A stretch of DNA of 64,000 nucleotides, from the NCBI RefSeq assembly GCF_011745625.1, contig NW_027191458.1:496001-560000 (forward strand). The letters are read 5' to 3'. A program made the position numbers and the translations under genes. Of the stretch, positions 10,732 through 22,750 are shown piece after piece. The notes under the pieces were generated by a model. It saw only the letters and a list, made by a program, of their open reading frames with translations. It ran no database searches and had not been told where the DNA came from. The stretch comes from Cladosporium halotolerans. Lineage: Eukaryota. Numbering within the stretch: the first letter of the stretch is position 1; each line of letters starts with the position of its first letter.

Positions 10732-11393
10732 TTACATCTTCTTGTCGTTGATGGCCTTGAGCTGGACATCGCTGTGAAGTACATTAGCAAGGAACTTGCG
10801 TGTGTTGTGATCTGACTGGCGAATACTCACAAGATGAGGGTAGCGTTGGCGGGGATGAGACCAGGGAAGCCACGGTCACCGTAGGCGTAGTCGCTGCAAT
10901 GATGGTCAGTGGTTGATCGCATGTTGGCTACAAGCAACAGCAGCGCTTACCCAGTGATGAGGAGAGTGGCCTTCTCGCCAAGGGTCATGCCGCCGTCGGT
11001 TTCGATGATGCCCTCATCCCAACCTGCAGACTGTCAGCATCGCTGTTCTTGTGTCCACTAAAGTCTCCAATGTGTATAAGTACCCTTGATGAGCTGGCCG
11101 ACACCGATCTTGGTCTTGAAGTCGCCGCGACCGACACTGCTGTCGAACTGCTTGCCCTTGCCGCCGGGAGCGTTGGGGTCGTAGAGGTTGCCGGTGTACT
11201 CCATGGTGATCTGGTCGCCGGCCTTGGGCTTGTCGACGCCGTTGCCGGCGCTGATCTGAGTCTTGGTGACACCCATTCTGAATGCTGATTGAGAGAAGGT
11301 TCTGGTGGTGGTTGGTTTGGAGGTTGGTGTTGAGAGGGAAGTGCGAAGTCCAGGCCCGGGTCGAGAAAAGAAGCTGAGAGCTTTGGAGGCCAT
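10732..11393 (-). CDS. FPR1: FKBP12-type peptidyl-prolyl isomerase with N-terminal mitochondrial presequence; second in-frame ATG at 11276; three introns
   Basis: MGVTKTQISAGNG...YTGNL...FDSSVGRGDF...GVGQLIKGWDEG; downstream exons encode YAYGDRGFPGLIPANATLI and DVQLKAINDKKM; TAA at 10732-10734. Confidence 0.93.
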
Positions 11394-12574
11394 GGCGTCA
11401 GTCGGAAGCAAGGGATTCTATTCGTCTAGGAGGTGCTACGAGGGGCAGACGGAGGGGCAGCGCGCTCAAAGGCCCACATGGCCATTGGACTCGAGCTGGG
11501 GAGAAGCTCGCTTGCCCGCCGCGCCGGGGCCCGCCGCAGACACGACCAATCACTTCTCGTGAACACCCCACCGCAACGACGGCTTTGGTATACGAAACCA
11601 GACTGTCGAAGGTTACAATGCAGATGACGATCGAACGTAGTAGCTGTGCGCGCGTTCAAACGTCAACATCGTTTCTCATAAGTCAGGCTGAGCAGTTCAT
11701 TTGACATCAGACATGCGTGTAGTACTGTGAATTTGAGAGAACATATTCTATCACGTCTTTTAGACCGACACAACACAATGTGGCTGGCATCATGCCATGT
11801 ATGAGCTACCTGTGGTCTCAGCCCAAGCGAAATATTATTACTATATGCCATGGGCCATGCAGCCTTCACCACGAGACAGGACGACCATGACTGATAGCAC
11901 AGACCTAAATCGTTCACCATCAAATCAATGCCAGAAATCGGGTATTCTCGGCTTGTCATTATATCACTTCGATGGTGCCATATTGTGGCGTTCCATACCC
12001 CTCTTTGATTCGTCCTACTGAGCCAATGGAGAAGGTGTGCGTCAAAGACGTACAGAGCAAGGGAACTCTCCAAGCTGATGCCAAAGTTTCAGCAATAGCT
12101 TGCTTTCTCACTTTCTCGCTTTATCGCTAGTCAGTGATTGGACCAGTGTAAGATTCTGCGGGCGATTCCCTTCAGCTGCTGGAGGCGACAATATTGTTTC
12201 TAGCTTGCAAGCCTCCATTTTTCCATGTACCGGAGCAGTTGAGTCTGCAGCCCCAGGCCTATGACACGACGCAACACAAATAAGGCGATCGTGTTGCACC
12301 GTCATCGGATGTTCTTGGCCACGAGTGCTTGTGCTCTCCGAAGCACTATTATTGCTGACTTGAAAGTTCGATGCCATATCAACCTCCATCGATTCTAGAA
12401 TTTGACCCTCCAGCATCATCCTCATGCCTTTCTAATCACCTCATCTTGTTTGGTAATAATACTCCGCCATGAATATCCATGCAGTGTTCCCGTTGTAAAC
12501 GCCTTGCGCCTCGCTAATGATCAGACCATCAAACAGACACTTTTGTGCCAGGACCTAGCCCTAGACCAACATCC

Positions 12575-13222
12575 TTATTTCTCAGGCGCGTCCGGCAGCC
12601 TCTCGATCACATATTTGCCCTTCGCAACGCTCATGATCGGCACACCAGGCACCTTCCTAATCCTCCTCTTGAGATCCCTATCGTTCGTCGCGACCAAGTA
12701 CACTCTCTGCTTGACGACGCGATCCACGATGCAGTCGTCAGCGTACGTGCCCTTGTGATCGCACTTCAAACGCTCGAACTTCTCGTCTCTTGCGATTTGC
12801 AGCGCGATGCGGTATTTCGGTCCTAGTTTCTCCAATTCGGCCATGACGCAGTCGGTGATGATCGGTGTGCAAGAGGCGTAAAGCGTATCCATCATGGTGG
12901 AGAGGAGAGGCAGTTTGTGGTGGACCGTGTGGGAGAGGAAGTTTGTATCGACGAGGATTTGGTACGGCGGTTGGAGGGCGGTGTTGTGCTGGAAAAACAT
13001 GCCACTGGGCGCTTGAGGACTGTAGCATTTGTTGTCAGCAAACATTCGCGAGGTATTCCTATTGTTGCAAAGCACTTACATAGATCTGACAAGCTCATCT
13101 TTGCCGCCCTTCTTCTTCTGCTGGTCTAGAGGCGTTGGCTGATTCTTTTTCAAGCGGTCGTCGCGCTGGCTGATGACGCGCTTGACGGTCGCAAACTTGC
13201 GCGTCTTCTTCTGAACACCCAT
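12575..13222 (-). CDS. FCF1: rRNA-processing PIN nuclease Fcf1/Utp24; intron 13020-13079
   Basis: MGVQKKTRKFATVKRVI start; LVDTNF, CVMAELEKLG, HKGTYADDC, VATNDRDLKRRIRKVPGVP. Confidence 0.95.
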
Positions 13223-13771
13223 GATTGTGCGTGGCGATACCGTGTGAGGCGACTGCGGGCAACTTTTAGAACCGACTTCTTCACAACGTCAAATCTCAAA
13301 ATCTCCAGCCAACCGCCGACCCGAAAGCGGGCTAGCTGCGGGCTGTGCCGCAGAGGCTGCCACTTCCCGGGCCGCGCCACTCCAGAAATAGGTTCCTGGC
13401 GCTCCGCCGCTAAACGTGCTACGGCAACCAGTAAACTGTGCTCGAGCCACGCGTCTGCGATTCGCGGGCATCTGCATACACTCCCGGGACTGCGCACTCC
13501 CCTGCTCTTTGCGTTACCAGCCTGTCTGTCAGCTGCATCTTCCCTCCGCTTACATATCTCCGGTCGCTCGTGCCTGGAACCCTCCGAGGCACAGGGGTTC
13601 AGCATATTTACTGCCAACAATACGGTCGGCGCGGTTTAAGACAAGGAGGCGGGAGAAGGCTGGACATCGAGAAGGACACAACCTGCGAGTACTTGGAGCG
13701 CTCGTAGCACCCGCTCAGCCTCGCCGTCACTGAAGTCGCTCAAGGAACTGCCGCTTAGGGAACAAGGAACC

Positions 13772-14887
13772 ATGGTGCGACTTGCCCGTCAGACGCCACT
13801 GCTGGCACTGCTCGCCCTTGCGGGAGCGCCAATTGTGAGAGCGCAAGACAACCTGCCGAACCTCGACGACCAGACTACGGAAGCAGAATCTTCGACCAGC
13901 GCCCAGACAACCGCTGAATCCACCGCGACCTCCGATGAAACAACAGCGACCGCGACAGATGCTACGACAACTGACGCTTCTGGTACGGACAGCACTGCTA
14001 CGGACAGCACTGCAACTAGCACCTCTGGCTCCTTCGTAGCGACAACCGATGCGGCAGAACCAACTCTCAGCGACCTGCCGACGATTGCGGGCGCTGGCAT
14101 CCCCACCATGGTTGTGCCATACACTGCCAACGCGCCCTTCATGCAGCACTCCACCCTTCCTCAAGGGACTGTCTTCATTGTCGTTGGCGCCGTTCTGGCC
14201 TTCCTCGGCGCATGTGTTCTCTTTTGGCGCGCACTCGTGGCATGGTCTATCAACCGCAGCGTCAAGCAAGCAGCGATTGCATCGATTGCTGGAGGTGACA
14301 AAGCAAGCAAAAACTGGGGCGGCAGCAGCACTGGCTACAACCCGGTGAAGGGCGGTCTCTACAAGGATACAGGATCGAGCATGTCTCTGGAAGCATTGAA
14401 CGCCGCCGGCAAGCCCGTCAAGAACGACCACCACCGCAAATCAGCACCTCCGGATGGCCTCTTCTTCTCTCCCACCGCCCACAACCGCCTGAGCGACGCC
14501 AACCTCGGAACACGCCCCGTCTCCCAGGTCATGGGCAACCGCAGTAGCACATACCTTCCCGCAGGATACTACGCCAACTCATCCTCACAAGCCGCTGGCG
14601 GTGCCGGCGCGACCACCGTCGGTGGTAACCTCGCGCCGTACGCAAGACATAGCACCTACGAGAACTCACCACCAACGACCCCAGGCCAGCCTTCGAGCGC
14701 CCGCCACAGCCACATCCGCCAAGGCAGCCGCGAAGGCATGGGCAGCTCTCGCAACTCCTATCTCGACGTCTCACGCGGCCACGCTCGACCACAGAGCGGC
14801 GAGAACCTCCCGGGCAGCCGAGCACCCAGCGCTTACCTGGAGGATCTCTTCGACAATCACGGCTCCGGTCCTAGGGAGCGGTTCTGA
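13772..14887 (+). CDS. Type I membrane protein (signal peptide, Ser/Thr-rich ectodomain, one TM helix), Csi2/YNL058C-like
   Basis: Signal peptide MVRLARQTPLLALLALAGAPIVRA; S/T-rich stretch; NAPFMQHSTLPQGTVFIVVGAVLAFLG motif; C-terminal RAPSAYLEDL. Confidence 0.75.
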   Translation: MVRLARQTPLLALLALAGAPIVRAQDNLPNLDDQTTEAESSTSAQTTAESTATSDETTATATDATTTDASGTDSTATDSTATSTSGSFVATTDAAEPTLSDLPTIAGAGIPTMVVPYTANAPFMQHSTLPQGTVFIVVGAVLAFLGACVLFWRALVAWSINRSVKQAAIASIAGGDKASKNWGGSSTGYNPVKGGLYKDTGSSMSLEALNAAGKPVKNDHHRKSAPPDGLFFSPTAHNRLSDANLGTRPVSQVMGNRSSTYLPAGYYANSSSQAAGGAGATTVGGNLAPYARHSTYENSPPTTPGQPSSARHSHIRQGSREGMGSSRNSYLDVSRGHARPQSGENLPGSRAPSAYLEDLFDNHGSGPRERF

Positions 14888-15537
14888 TCAACCATAGCGA
14901 GAGGTTGCATTCATGAAATTTAATGTGGGGTTGGGGTTTGCTTTTTCTGCATGTTCGGCATGGCGGTCTTTTGATTGAAAACAAAGATAACACCATTAAA
15001 AATGCCCGGGCCTAGATGCTTGGCTAGAGGCTCGAAGAAGTGCTTCATCATCATTGAGACTCAAAGAAAGGTTGGCGAATCATTTGAAGACGGGGCGGTA
15101 ATCTGCGAGCACAGCACGGGTAAAAGGTTTTTGAGCGTTCTTGTAAATACCTTAGTGACTTAGCTTTTGAAATCATACAGTCTCAGATTGAGTTGGCCTT
15201 GAAATGTTACAAGAAGCGCTCTTTTTTGTCCAAGCTCGATTTCCATGCCTCTGAGCAGCTGTGTTGTTTGTGTCGACAACATGTGAAAAATTCTCGTCTC
15301 ACTTCGTAGGCTTTACCTTGGGATAGTGCTCATGAGCTGCCCATCAGGGCTCGCAGCGTTGTGAAGCCGTGGCGCTCAACATGCCGAGGCAATTCGGCAT
15401 CCCTTCGTTTGACACAACTCATCATGCCGTAACGCGATTCCACAATGTGAATCCAGCACAAGTTGCGTACGCTCTGTCAACATTCTCTCCTACAAGCTCA
15501 TTTCGCGGTAACACTGGATAAAAGTGCGTTCGCAGTC

Positions 15538-16550
15538 ATGGCGTCTTTAGCGAAATCCAGCACGGTGAAGCAAGTCGATTCACATACATACACGGCAGAC
15601 TTCGACCCGGCTTGGACAATTGGATCGGGTATGCTAATAAAAATGTACCCCGGTACGAGATTCGAAACTGATACCCTCCAGTACCACACGGCGGCTACGT
15701 AACATCCGTCTTCCAACGCGTTGTCAGCCTGCACTTCGCCACAACCCTCGCCGCCCAGAAGCAGCCTCACACAATCACCCTCCACCTGGACTTCCTCCGC
15801 CGCACGCAAGTCGGCCTCGCAACCTTCAAAGTCAAAGACGTCAAACTCGGCCGCCAGACCTCCGTCGTCCACGTCACGCTCTCCCAAGACGGCCGCGAGG
15901 AAGTCGTCGGCTACATCACGAACGCCGACATCGCCGCCGAGCAAGGCGTCTCGTTCCAAACCGCCTGGGCTCTGCAGCCTGCGCCCGCGGCTGCGGACGT
16001 GAGCAGGTTCGAAGCTGATACCGACCCTAACTGGGGCGAGCGCAAGCGCTGGCCGTTTGCGGATTTCCGCAAAGCGACGGATAATGTTCGCAGCTGGTTT
16101 CCGCGGGCCGGGCAGCCGTGCGCGGGCGTGATTGACGAGTGGCTGTGTTTGCGGAATGGCGAGAATTGGACGAATGAGGCGCTGGGGTCGGTGGTCGATA
16201 CGTTTCCGCAGGTTGTGGAGACGTTTGTCCTCGAGGAGGATCCGTATAGTCTTGAGAAGGAGCGAAGCGGGGGCAAGAAGTTGGGGGAGAAGGAGAGCGT
16301 TGGATTCTGGTATCCGACGGTGCTGCTGAACCTGGATGTGAAGAAGGCGCTGCCGAAGGAGGGGGTTAAGTGGCTGTTTGTGAGGTTGCAGGCTAAGATG
16401 ATCAAGAATGGGAGGTTTGATCTGGAGATTGTTGTGCTGGATGCGGGCGGAGATCTGGTGGCATTGAGCCACCATGTATGCTTTGCTGTGAGTGCCGCGA
16501 GGAACACAGCAGCAAGGAGAAAAGTCGACAACGGTGGGAGCAAATTGTAG
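15538..16550 (+). CDS. Thioesterase-like superfamily (double hot-dog fold) protein; intron 15629-15681
   Basis: WTIGSVPHGGY after splicing; LHLDFLRRT; WYPTVLLNLDVKKALP; KNGRFDLEIVVLDAGGDLVALSHH. Confidence 0.85.
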
Positions 16551-17241
16551 CCGGACCGAGAGCAGAAGATGATTGGGACGGAGGTCTCAAAAGCATTCCA
16601 CGGTATATATTTGATGATACTGTATGTATAAAATTGATAGGAAATGTAGATGTATATATGTTCCACACAAACTATGGCAACCCACTCAGAAATCATGGGC
16701 ACCTCAAACAAGGTGGGAATTTGTCTTGCAACATGATGGAATACCATCAAAACGCCAGCAAGCTCGTTATCGGAAGGCTTGCTAAGAGGACTGTGTTGCT
16801 TGGTACTTTGACTTCACTGGAAACGATATGAACCCACGCTTTTCTGCAGACGACTACCAGAAGGCAAACATCCCGAAGGCATGATCTGGTTGAGCCTGTC
16901 TAGTCCCATATCCAAAAAACGCATACGCACACCAATAGCCATCAATGGAAGGTGCAATGAGCGTTTCATAGTGGTTTTCGTCGACATGCGATATTTCTCT
17001 AAGGACGAAGAAATCCAAATCTCAGCGGACTTGGAAAAGAGTTGCGGCGTGCATGGACCAAGCCGGCTGGTTGGATGCCATCACCGAAGAGCCTCCTTCT
17101 GCAGGGCAGCCCATCTCGCTAGGCCGAAATCGGGTCCAGTGCCTGACGTTCGGACAAAAGGTTGATGGCGGCTTTCAACGCAAAGAGTTACGAACGAAAT
17201 AAGAACATAGACGACGAAGTATTCACGGACACTCCTTCATC

Positions 17242-18384
17242 ATGGCTTCACGAATTCCTTTGACTATTATTACCGGCTTTGCTGGCTCCGGGAAAACGAC
17301 TCTTATTCTCAACCTGGTTCCGCAACTCCGCGCACAGAACCCGGGTTATAAACTCGCTTTGATAAAGAATGAAATTGGCGATCTCAATGTCGACTCGCAG
17401 TTGGCTGCTGCTGCTGAAATGACTGGATCGCAGGAACTGCTGGGAGACTGCATTTGCTGCACAAACGTTGGCCAAATTGGTGACGCACTTGCCACTCTGG
17501 ATAAGGACTGTAACCCGGACCGAATCATCATCGAGACAAGTGGGAGTGCAGAGCCTTTGAAGCTCGTGTTGGAGGTGAACCGGTTGGCGAAGGAGACTGG
17601 GCGGTATGAACTGGATGGCATCGTCAGCGTGGTCGATGCGGAGAACTGGTTTGTGGCGAACGATTTCTTTGAGGGCTTGTCCGGGTGCTAATGCTTTGAC
17701 TGTAGGGGAGGATATGCAAACACAAGTTTCACTGCGAAGTTGCAGGCACAACAGACCGACTTGATTGTCATCAACAAGTGGGAAGGCATGGACGAGCGCG
17801 CCTTCGACATCTTCCTCGACCGCTTGGGTGACTTGGACGTGGACACACCGCAAACGAAGAGTGATAAGGGTTGGATCAGCAAAGACTTGCTCTTTGGTTT
17901 CGACCCGAAGATGGCCAGAGCCTGGCTTAGCAACAGCCATGACCATAGCCATGGCCACGACCACAAGCACGACCATGACCACCGATCAGAGATGGAATGC
18001 CTATCGGTGACACTATCCTCAACATCAACAGACGTTGGCATTGATCTCGACAAGCTGGAAAAGCTTCTCAAAAGCGCGCCCAAGGATGAAGTCTACCGCA
18101 TCAAGGCCGTGCTCTACTCTCACGGCTCTCCTAAATCGACAGACGGCTCTGACGTTAATGGCGTCAAGAGCGGTCGCTCACGCTATATTCTGAATTGGTC
18201 TTTCGGCCGGTGGACATGGTCACACGACGAAGTTGCCGAAGAAGGCGCACCTGCACTCCGGATGTCGATCTTCACGGCACAGTACGAGAGCACGAAGTGG
18301 ACGAAGAAGATCGAGTCCGGGCAGTTTGTTGCGCTTGATGGCGACGCTGCGGACGGCGCCCTATCTGTGAAGCGCGTACAGTAA
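17242..18384 (+). CDS. COG0523/CobW-family G3E GTPase (putative zinc metallochaperone); intron 17649-17705
   Basis: Walker A GFAGSGKTT; KNEIGD; CxCC motif CICC; IETSG; NKWE; His-rich HDHSHGHDHKHDHDH. Confidence 0.88.
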
Positions 18385-19494
18385 TACACATAAATTGCGG
18401 TTTACACCTTTTTCGATATACTTTAGGCACGCTTCATTCTTTTTGCAAGTCTAAAGCAGCCCATTGTGGGGGTAGACTTACTCAAGACGTTCCATGATCC
18501 ATCTGCTCTCGAGACTCACGAAATAAGTTAGGGCAGCAGCATCCATTACAGACCCTCGAGACCAATTTCCAAATGGAAAGGCTGTGTTCTGCGAGTGATC
18601 GGAGAGCGGCGTGGTAAAAGCCTCATATCAATCTTTGTGTTCTGGGGTTTCGCGAAGTATAGCAGCTACTACCGTCCCCCTTAGACGCTTGAAATTCAGT
18701 TTCGAAGTGAAGGGACTCTCGTTGAAAGCTTGAAAATGATATACGGAAACGTGCTATCATTCTCTCCAGGCCTTGAAGTTTCCTTTTTTCCGCGGAGATA
18801 CAGTGTCCTGTGAACATTGGGAGACGGCTGTTCTTATTGAAGGTGCCTCATTTAGTTTTGCTATTCTCGGCGATTACGGAATACGATGTCGTGCTGCCAT
18901 CCTCTTAGGCCTTCCGGGTTCATTTTGTCCGCGGAGAGCCTGTGCTCTACGGACTGATGCAATTGTACCGAAGGTGATTCGTTCCAAACTTGTTACTCTC
19001 GGGTTTGAAAGACTACAATGCGGTGCTACCATCACCTTCGGACCGTCAACATTGATAATTTTCGTGGAGAATACAGACACTGTTTTCGTGTCCTTTAGAC
19101 TTTGAGAATCACATGTGGTGCTATCATCCCCTCTAGACCATGAAGATTGATTGGTCGCCCGGAGAGCATGCATCACACCGTGCCTAAGCTTGTAAAGACA
19201 TGATCATCTCGGCGATCATATCTGTGGTGCTCTCGGCTTTTGAAAAGTATAAAATGCTGCTGCCATCATCCTCAGATCATCATCATTGACGTTTCCCGCG
19301 AAGAGCATGGATCCAACTAGCTTTGGGACGTGCTGGTTTCGGTGATCATTTCAATTCCCGTGCTCTCAGCATTTTAAAAGTACAGTATGCTGCTACCAGC
19401 CCCTCCAGACCGTCCAGTCCGATTTTTTGCGCCGAGAGCCTGTATCCTACAACACCCCCGAAAAGCATGAGTTGAGGGCATCTGCCCACTCAGA

Positions 19495-20705
19495 CTAAGC
19501 CCTTCTGCGCCTGTTTCGCTGGAACAAGTCCATCTTTGCCTTGCGGCCCATAAAAGAGAAGTACCAAGTCGGCTCTCCGTGCTGAATACGGCAGTCTTCG
19601 TCGTAATTGTCGAGCCGGTCCGCGTGATGCCAGTAATCCTTGTCATCATCACCACTCTTTGAGTGATTCATGCAATCTGCGATACATTAGCCAGGGCCAT
19701 GTCGGATCTACTCGAGGAGGACGGTCTTACCCAGGCACAGGCCGTCGAAGTACCTCTTTGTACGGGCGGCAGCGTTTTTGGCAACTTGGCGAAAGTCCAT
19801 GCCACAAGATTTATCGGTACAGGGGTCCTTGTTTGGGTGAGGGTCGATATACTGGAGGCCCTCGATGCGACTGAGTAACGTCATGATACCCTTTTTAGGT
19901 CCGTGGATCTCGAGCGGCCAGGCATTTGTGCGCTCCAGAGCCGTGAGATAGGCCCACAAGACGTTCTTCTTTTCCGCACAAATCGCGTCATTGAGCAGCT
20001 CGTGAATAGGATCGTACAGACCGCTGTGGAGGATGGTTCTCAGGCGGCCACGGGCGGAGTTCAATGTTCCTGATTACATGGTTAGCTACGACTGTGAAGC
20101 TCGATTGGTCTCGTATACTCACCAATGATGCGCTGATCGAGTCTGAAAGTGGTTTCCTGAATGCAGTGTGGCTTTTGTTCCGTGATGTGTCCAGGAACGT
20201 TGTACACCAGCGCCTTCGTGGTCTCTTTGAATGCCTGGGCATCATGGAACGTGTAGCAAGGGTAAAGCAGCATTGCGTGTTGGTCTATGTCGAAAGGACC
20301 ATGCTGCTTGTACCATTTCGTGAACCAGGCTTTGATTTCACGACACAGCGGGTCAAATTGATACTTGTGCGCGATCAAGAGCACGTGCCAAACCGTGTCG
20401 ATGGTAACCCTGAAGGTATTTTGGTCAGTGCAACCATGGAGGGCCTGGAGCCAGACCTTCCAGCCAGTAGGATCATCTCCTTTCACAAGGTAGGAGGGCT
20501 TCCCAGTGTCTGCGAAACCAGGGGTAAAGACTCGTTGAAAGTACTGCTGCTGGCCGAGAACCTTCTTGGAAACCTCGAATTCGTGTAGCTTTTTGACGTG
20601 ATGAATGTTTCCGCCGCGCTCTTCGGTTGCGGCGACAATGAGGAGGAAGTCGTGTCCTTCGGCAATAGCATGACGCTCATTCGATGGCTGTTCCACGGTT
20701 TCCAT
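19495..20705 (-). CDS. BTB/POZ-like domain fungal protein; three exons
   Basis: N-terminal BTB-like segment (FEVSKKVL...SYLVKGDDP...LLIAHKY). Splicing via GTGAGT/CAG and GTAAGA/CAG gives FDGLCLDCMNHS...CRIQHGEPTWYFSFMGR and TAG at 19495-19497. Confidence 0.75.
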
Positions 20706-21438
20706 GGCTGCGGCCGCAACGATGGAGACGCAGTAGGGACGAATGAGTTAGTCGGTCGGGGATGAGGAAGCAAAGGCAGTCGAGAGTCTCCGCTGCGGGT
20801 GAAAAGCTAGGGTATTTGAATGAAATACGACGCTAACAAGCGGGTCGATGTAACGCTGGAGCCTAGTGAGTGAATTTACATGAGTGAAGTGTGATGGCAT
20901 TGCTCGCGTGGATCCAGACCTCAGTCTTCGGCAAGCCCTCAGCTGGGAGAACGACGACAAGCTCAGTCGCCACGAAAGAACAGACATCACCACCAGTTAT
21001 CCGAGTCTGCGGCATGCAGTACACGAGCATCCCGGGTCAAGTGGTGTTTCTCAATAGTATGAAGGCGATGGTAGCACCTCGTTTTACCTCGCATGCCTCG
21101 AGATGCAGCTCATCCGGAAGTTTAGGTCCGCGACCCATGATGAGTCTCTCCATGCATAGGTGGTTTCTTGAGGGCATGAAGACGAGAGTAGCACCTTGTT
21201 AAACCTCACGTGCCTTGGGATGCTTGTAGTTACAAATGACATCTGTCACACCCTATCAGCTCGAACGATCAAATAGCACACCCACTGTCAGGCCTCATGC
21301 ATCAGACTCTCGAATGTGTGAATATCATAATTGTACACGATGCATGCAGGAGTACTCTCACCGCAACGTGTGCGCTGCAGTATGCTGTCCAACGCCCCGA
21401 ACGCCTGGCGCTCATCCCGTCCATCAAATACCCACTGT

Positions 21439-22158
21439 TTAGGGCGCGTAAACCGGCTTCTCGTCCTCGTATGGCTCCTCCCTGATTCCGTCCTTTGTCA
21501 CAACCTTCACAAGCACACCCTTGAAGTCAATTGGCAACCGTCTCTTCAGCTCATCCGTGCACATCCTGAGAATCTTCATGCCCTGCTCGAAGCTGATGTC
21601 GGGGTGGTGGTGCTTGTCGAGCGTCGATAAGCAGTAGTATTGTGCGTACCCGTGGGCGGCGTATGGGACGCGTGCTGACGACGCGAGGTAATCGACCCAG
21701 TAAAGCTCGGGCTTGTCTGTGATGGGGTCGAAGCCACCCAGCAGCAGGTTGACGTTGTAAGGATTTCTAGATCGGAGCGACTTTGCGAGTTCGCTGCGCA
21801 CGAAAGAGGAGACTTCATACGGCGACAATTCGGAGGCGTTGCGCTTGCTGTACAGCTGAATGTTTGCCTGGACGTACTCGGCGAATTGGACTGGGACGTC
21901 ATGTCAGGTGCGCGCTCTTATCGTATTGACGTATGATGCAACCCACCTGTGTCGCCGGCCTCACCGCTGTAAGCCATGAGGGTGTGCTTGCTGAGAGGTC
22001 GGGTTTTGTCATCGCTGGACTTGAGGACGGTCGGGCCACGCATCGTAGCCTTCGAGGCGGCGACGATGGTGAAGTCCTTTCCAGTGATTCCGAGTAGTAC
22101 CTCCCTATCTCAAGTCAGTAATGAGACATTGTAGACCCAGGGTTCATTTATCGTACAT
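21439..22158 (-). CDS. PRE1: 20S proteasome subunit beta-4; start codon split AT|G by intron 22105-22156, second intron about 21891-21947
   Basis: MEVLLGITGKDFTIVAASK...; RSELAKSLRSRNPYNVNLLLGG; AHGYAQYYCLSTLDKHH; ELKRRLPIDFKG. Confidence 0.95.
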
Positions 22159-22750
22159 TTTGCGTGTTTGTGGTTGTATGGGTTGGGTTTATGATAATGC
22201 GTGTCTATCATACAGCCATCCATCGGAGCTTGAGGTCGGTCGGGAAGGCAGCTGCAGTGACGACGGCGCGACCGGAACGAGGAAGGTCAGCCGAGAGATG
22301 ACATGAACAAGGCCATAGTGAAACACTCCGCTCACGCCGCAGATGGATCTGAAGAATGAATCTATATCCTATGGTGGGTTGTTGTAACACTGTGGATACT
22401 TGGAGTCGTCATGATTTCCCTCATCTCACCTCATTTTCTCGCTATTGCCAGCCTTCCCATCGCTACTTCATCAGTCGCGTTCTCAGATCAAAGAGATTCA
22501 AGGGAATGCCGACAGGCAGCTCACAACGCTTTCTCGAGTAATGCCCTTGCATGTTTATTTGACCTACGAGAATAACTCTCGAGTGAAAGGTCTTGCTAAA
22601 CGGTTGGGTTCGGAGGCTGCTGATGCCAAGAGGTGAGGTTCATTTTGGTGCGAGGCATGAGGCAGGCACGACCTGCTTCGACTACATCTGTCATGTTGTA
22701 AAGCCGCAAGCCACGATGGGCTTGACGACTGACCCCAATATTCTGCAAAG

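Noticed and set aside
16709..16714. CAAGGT (ZafA-like zinc response core) upstream of the COG0523 gene
   Set aside because: A single hexamer about 530 nt upstream is expected by chance.
2839..18384. Secondary-metabolite cluster (BVMO, thioesterase)
   Set aside because: No PKS, NRPS or terpene backbone gene; the enzymes are separated by housekeeping genes.
18400..19490. Lower-GC stretch with short ORFs, possible transposon relic or RIP
   Set aside because: No transposase motifs, terminal repeats or marked TpA excess visible.
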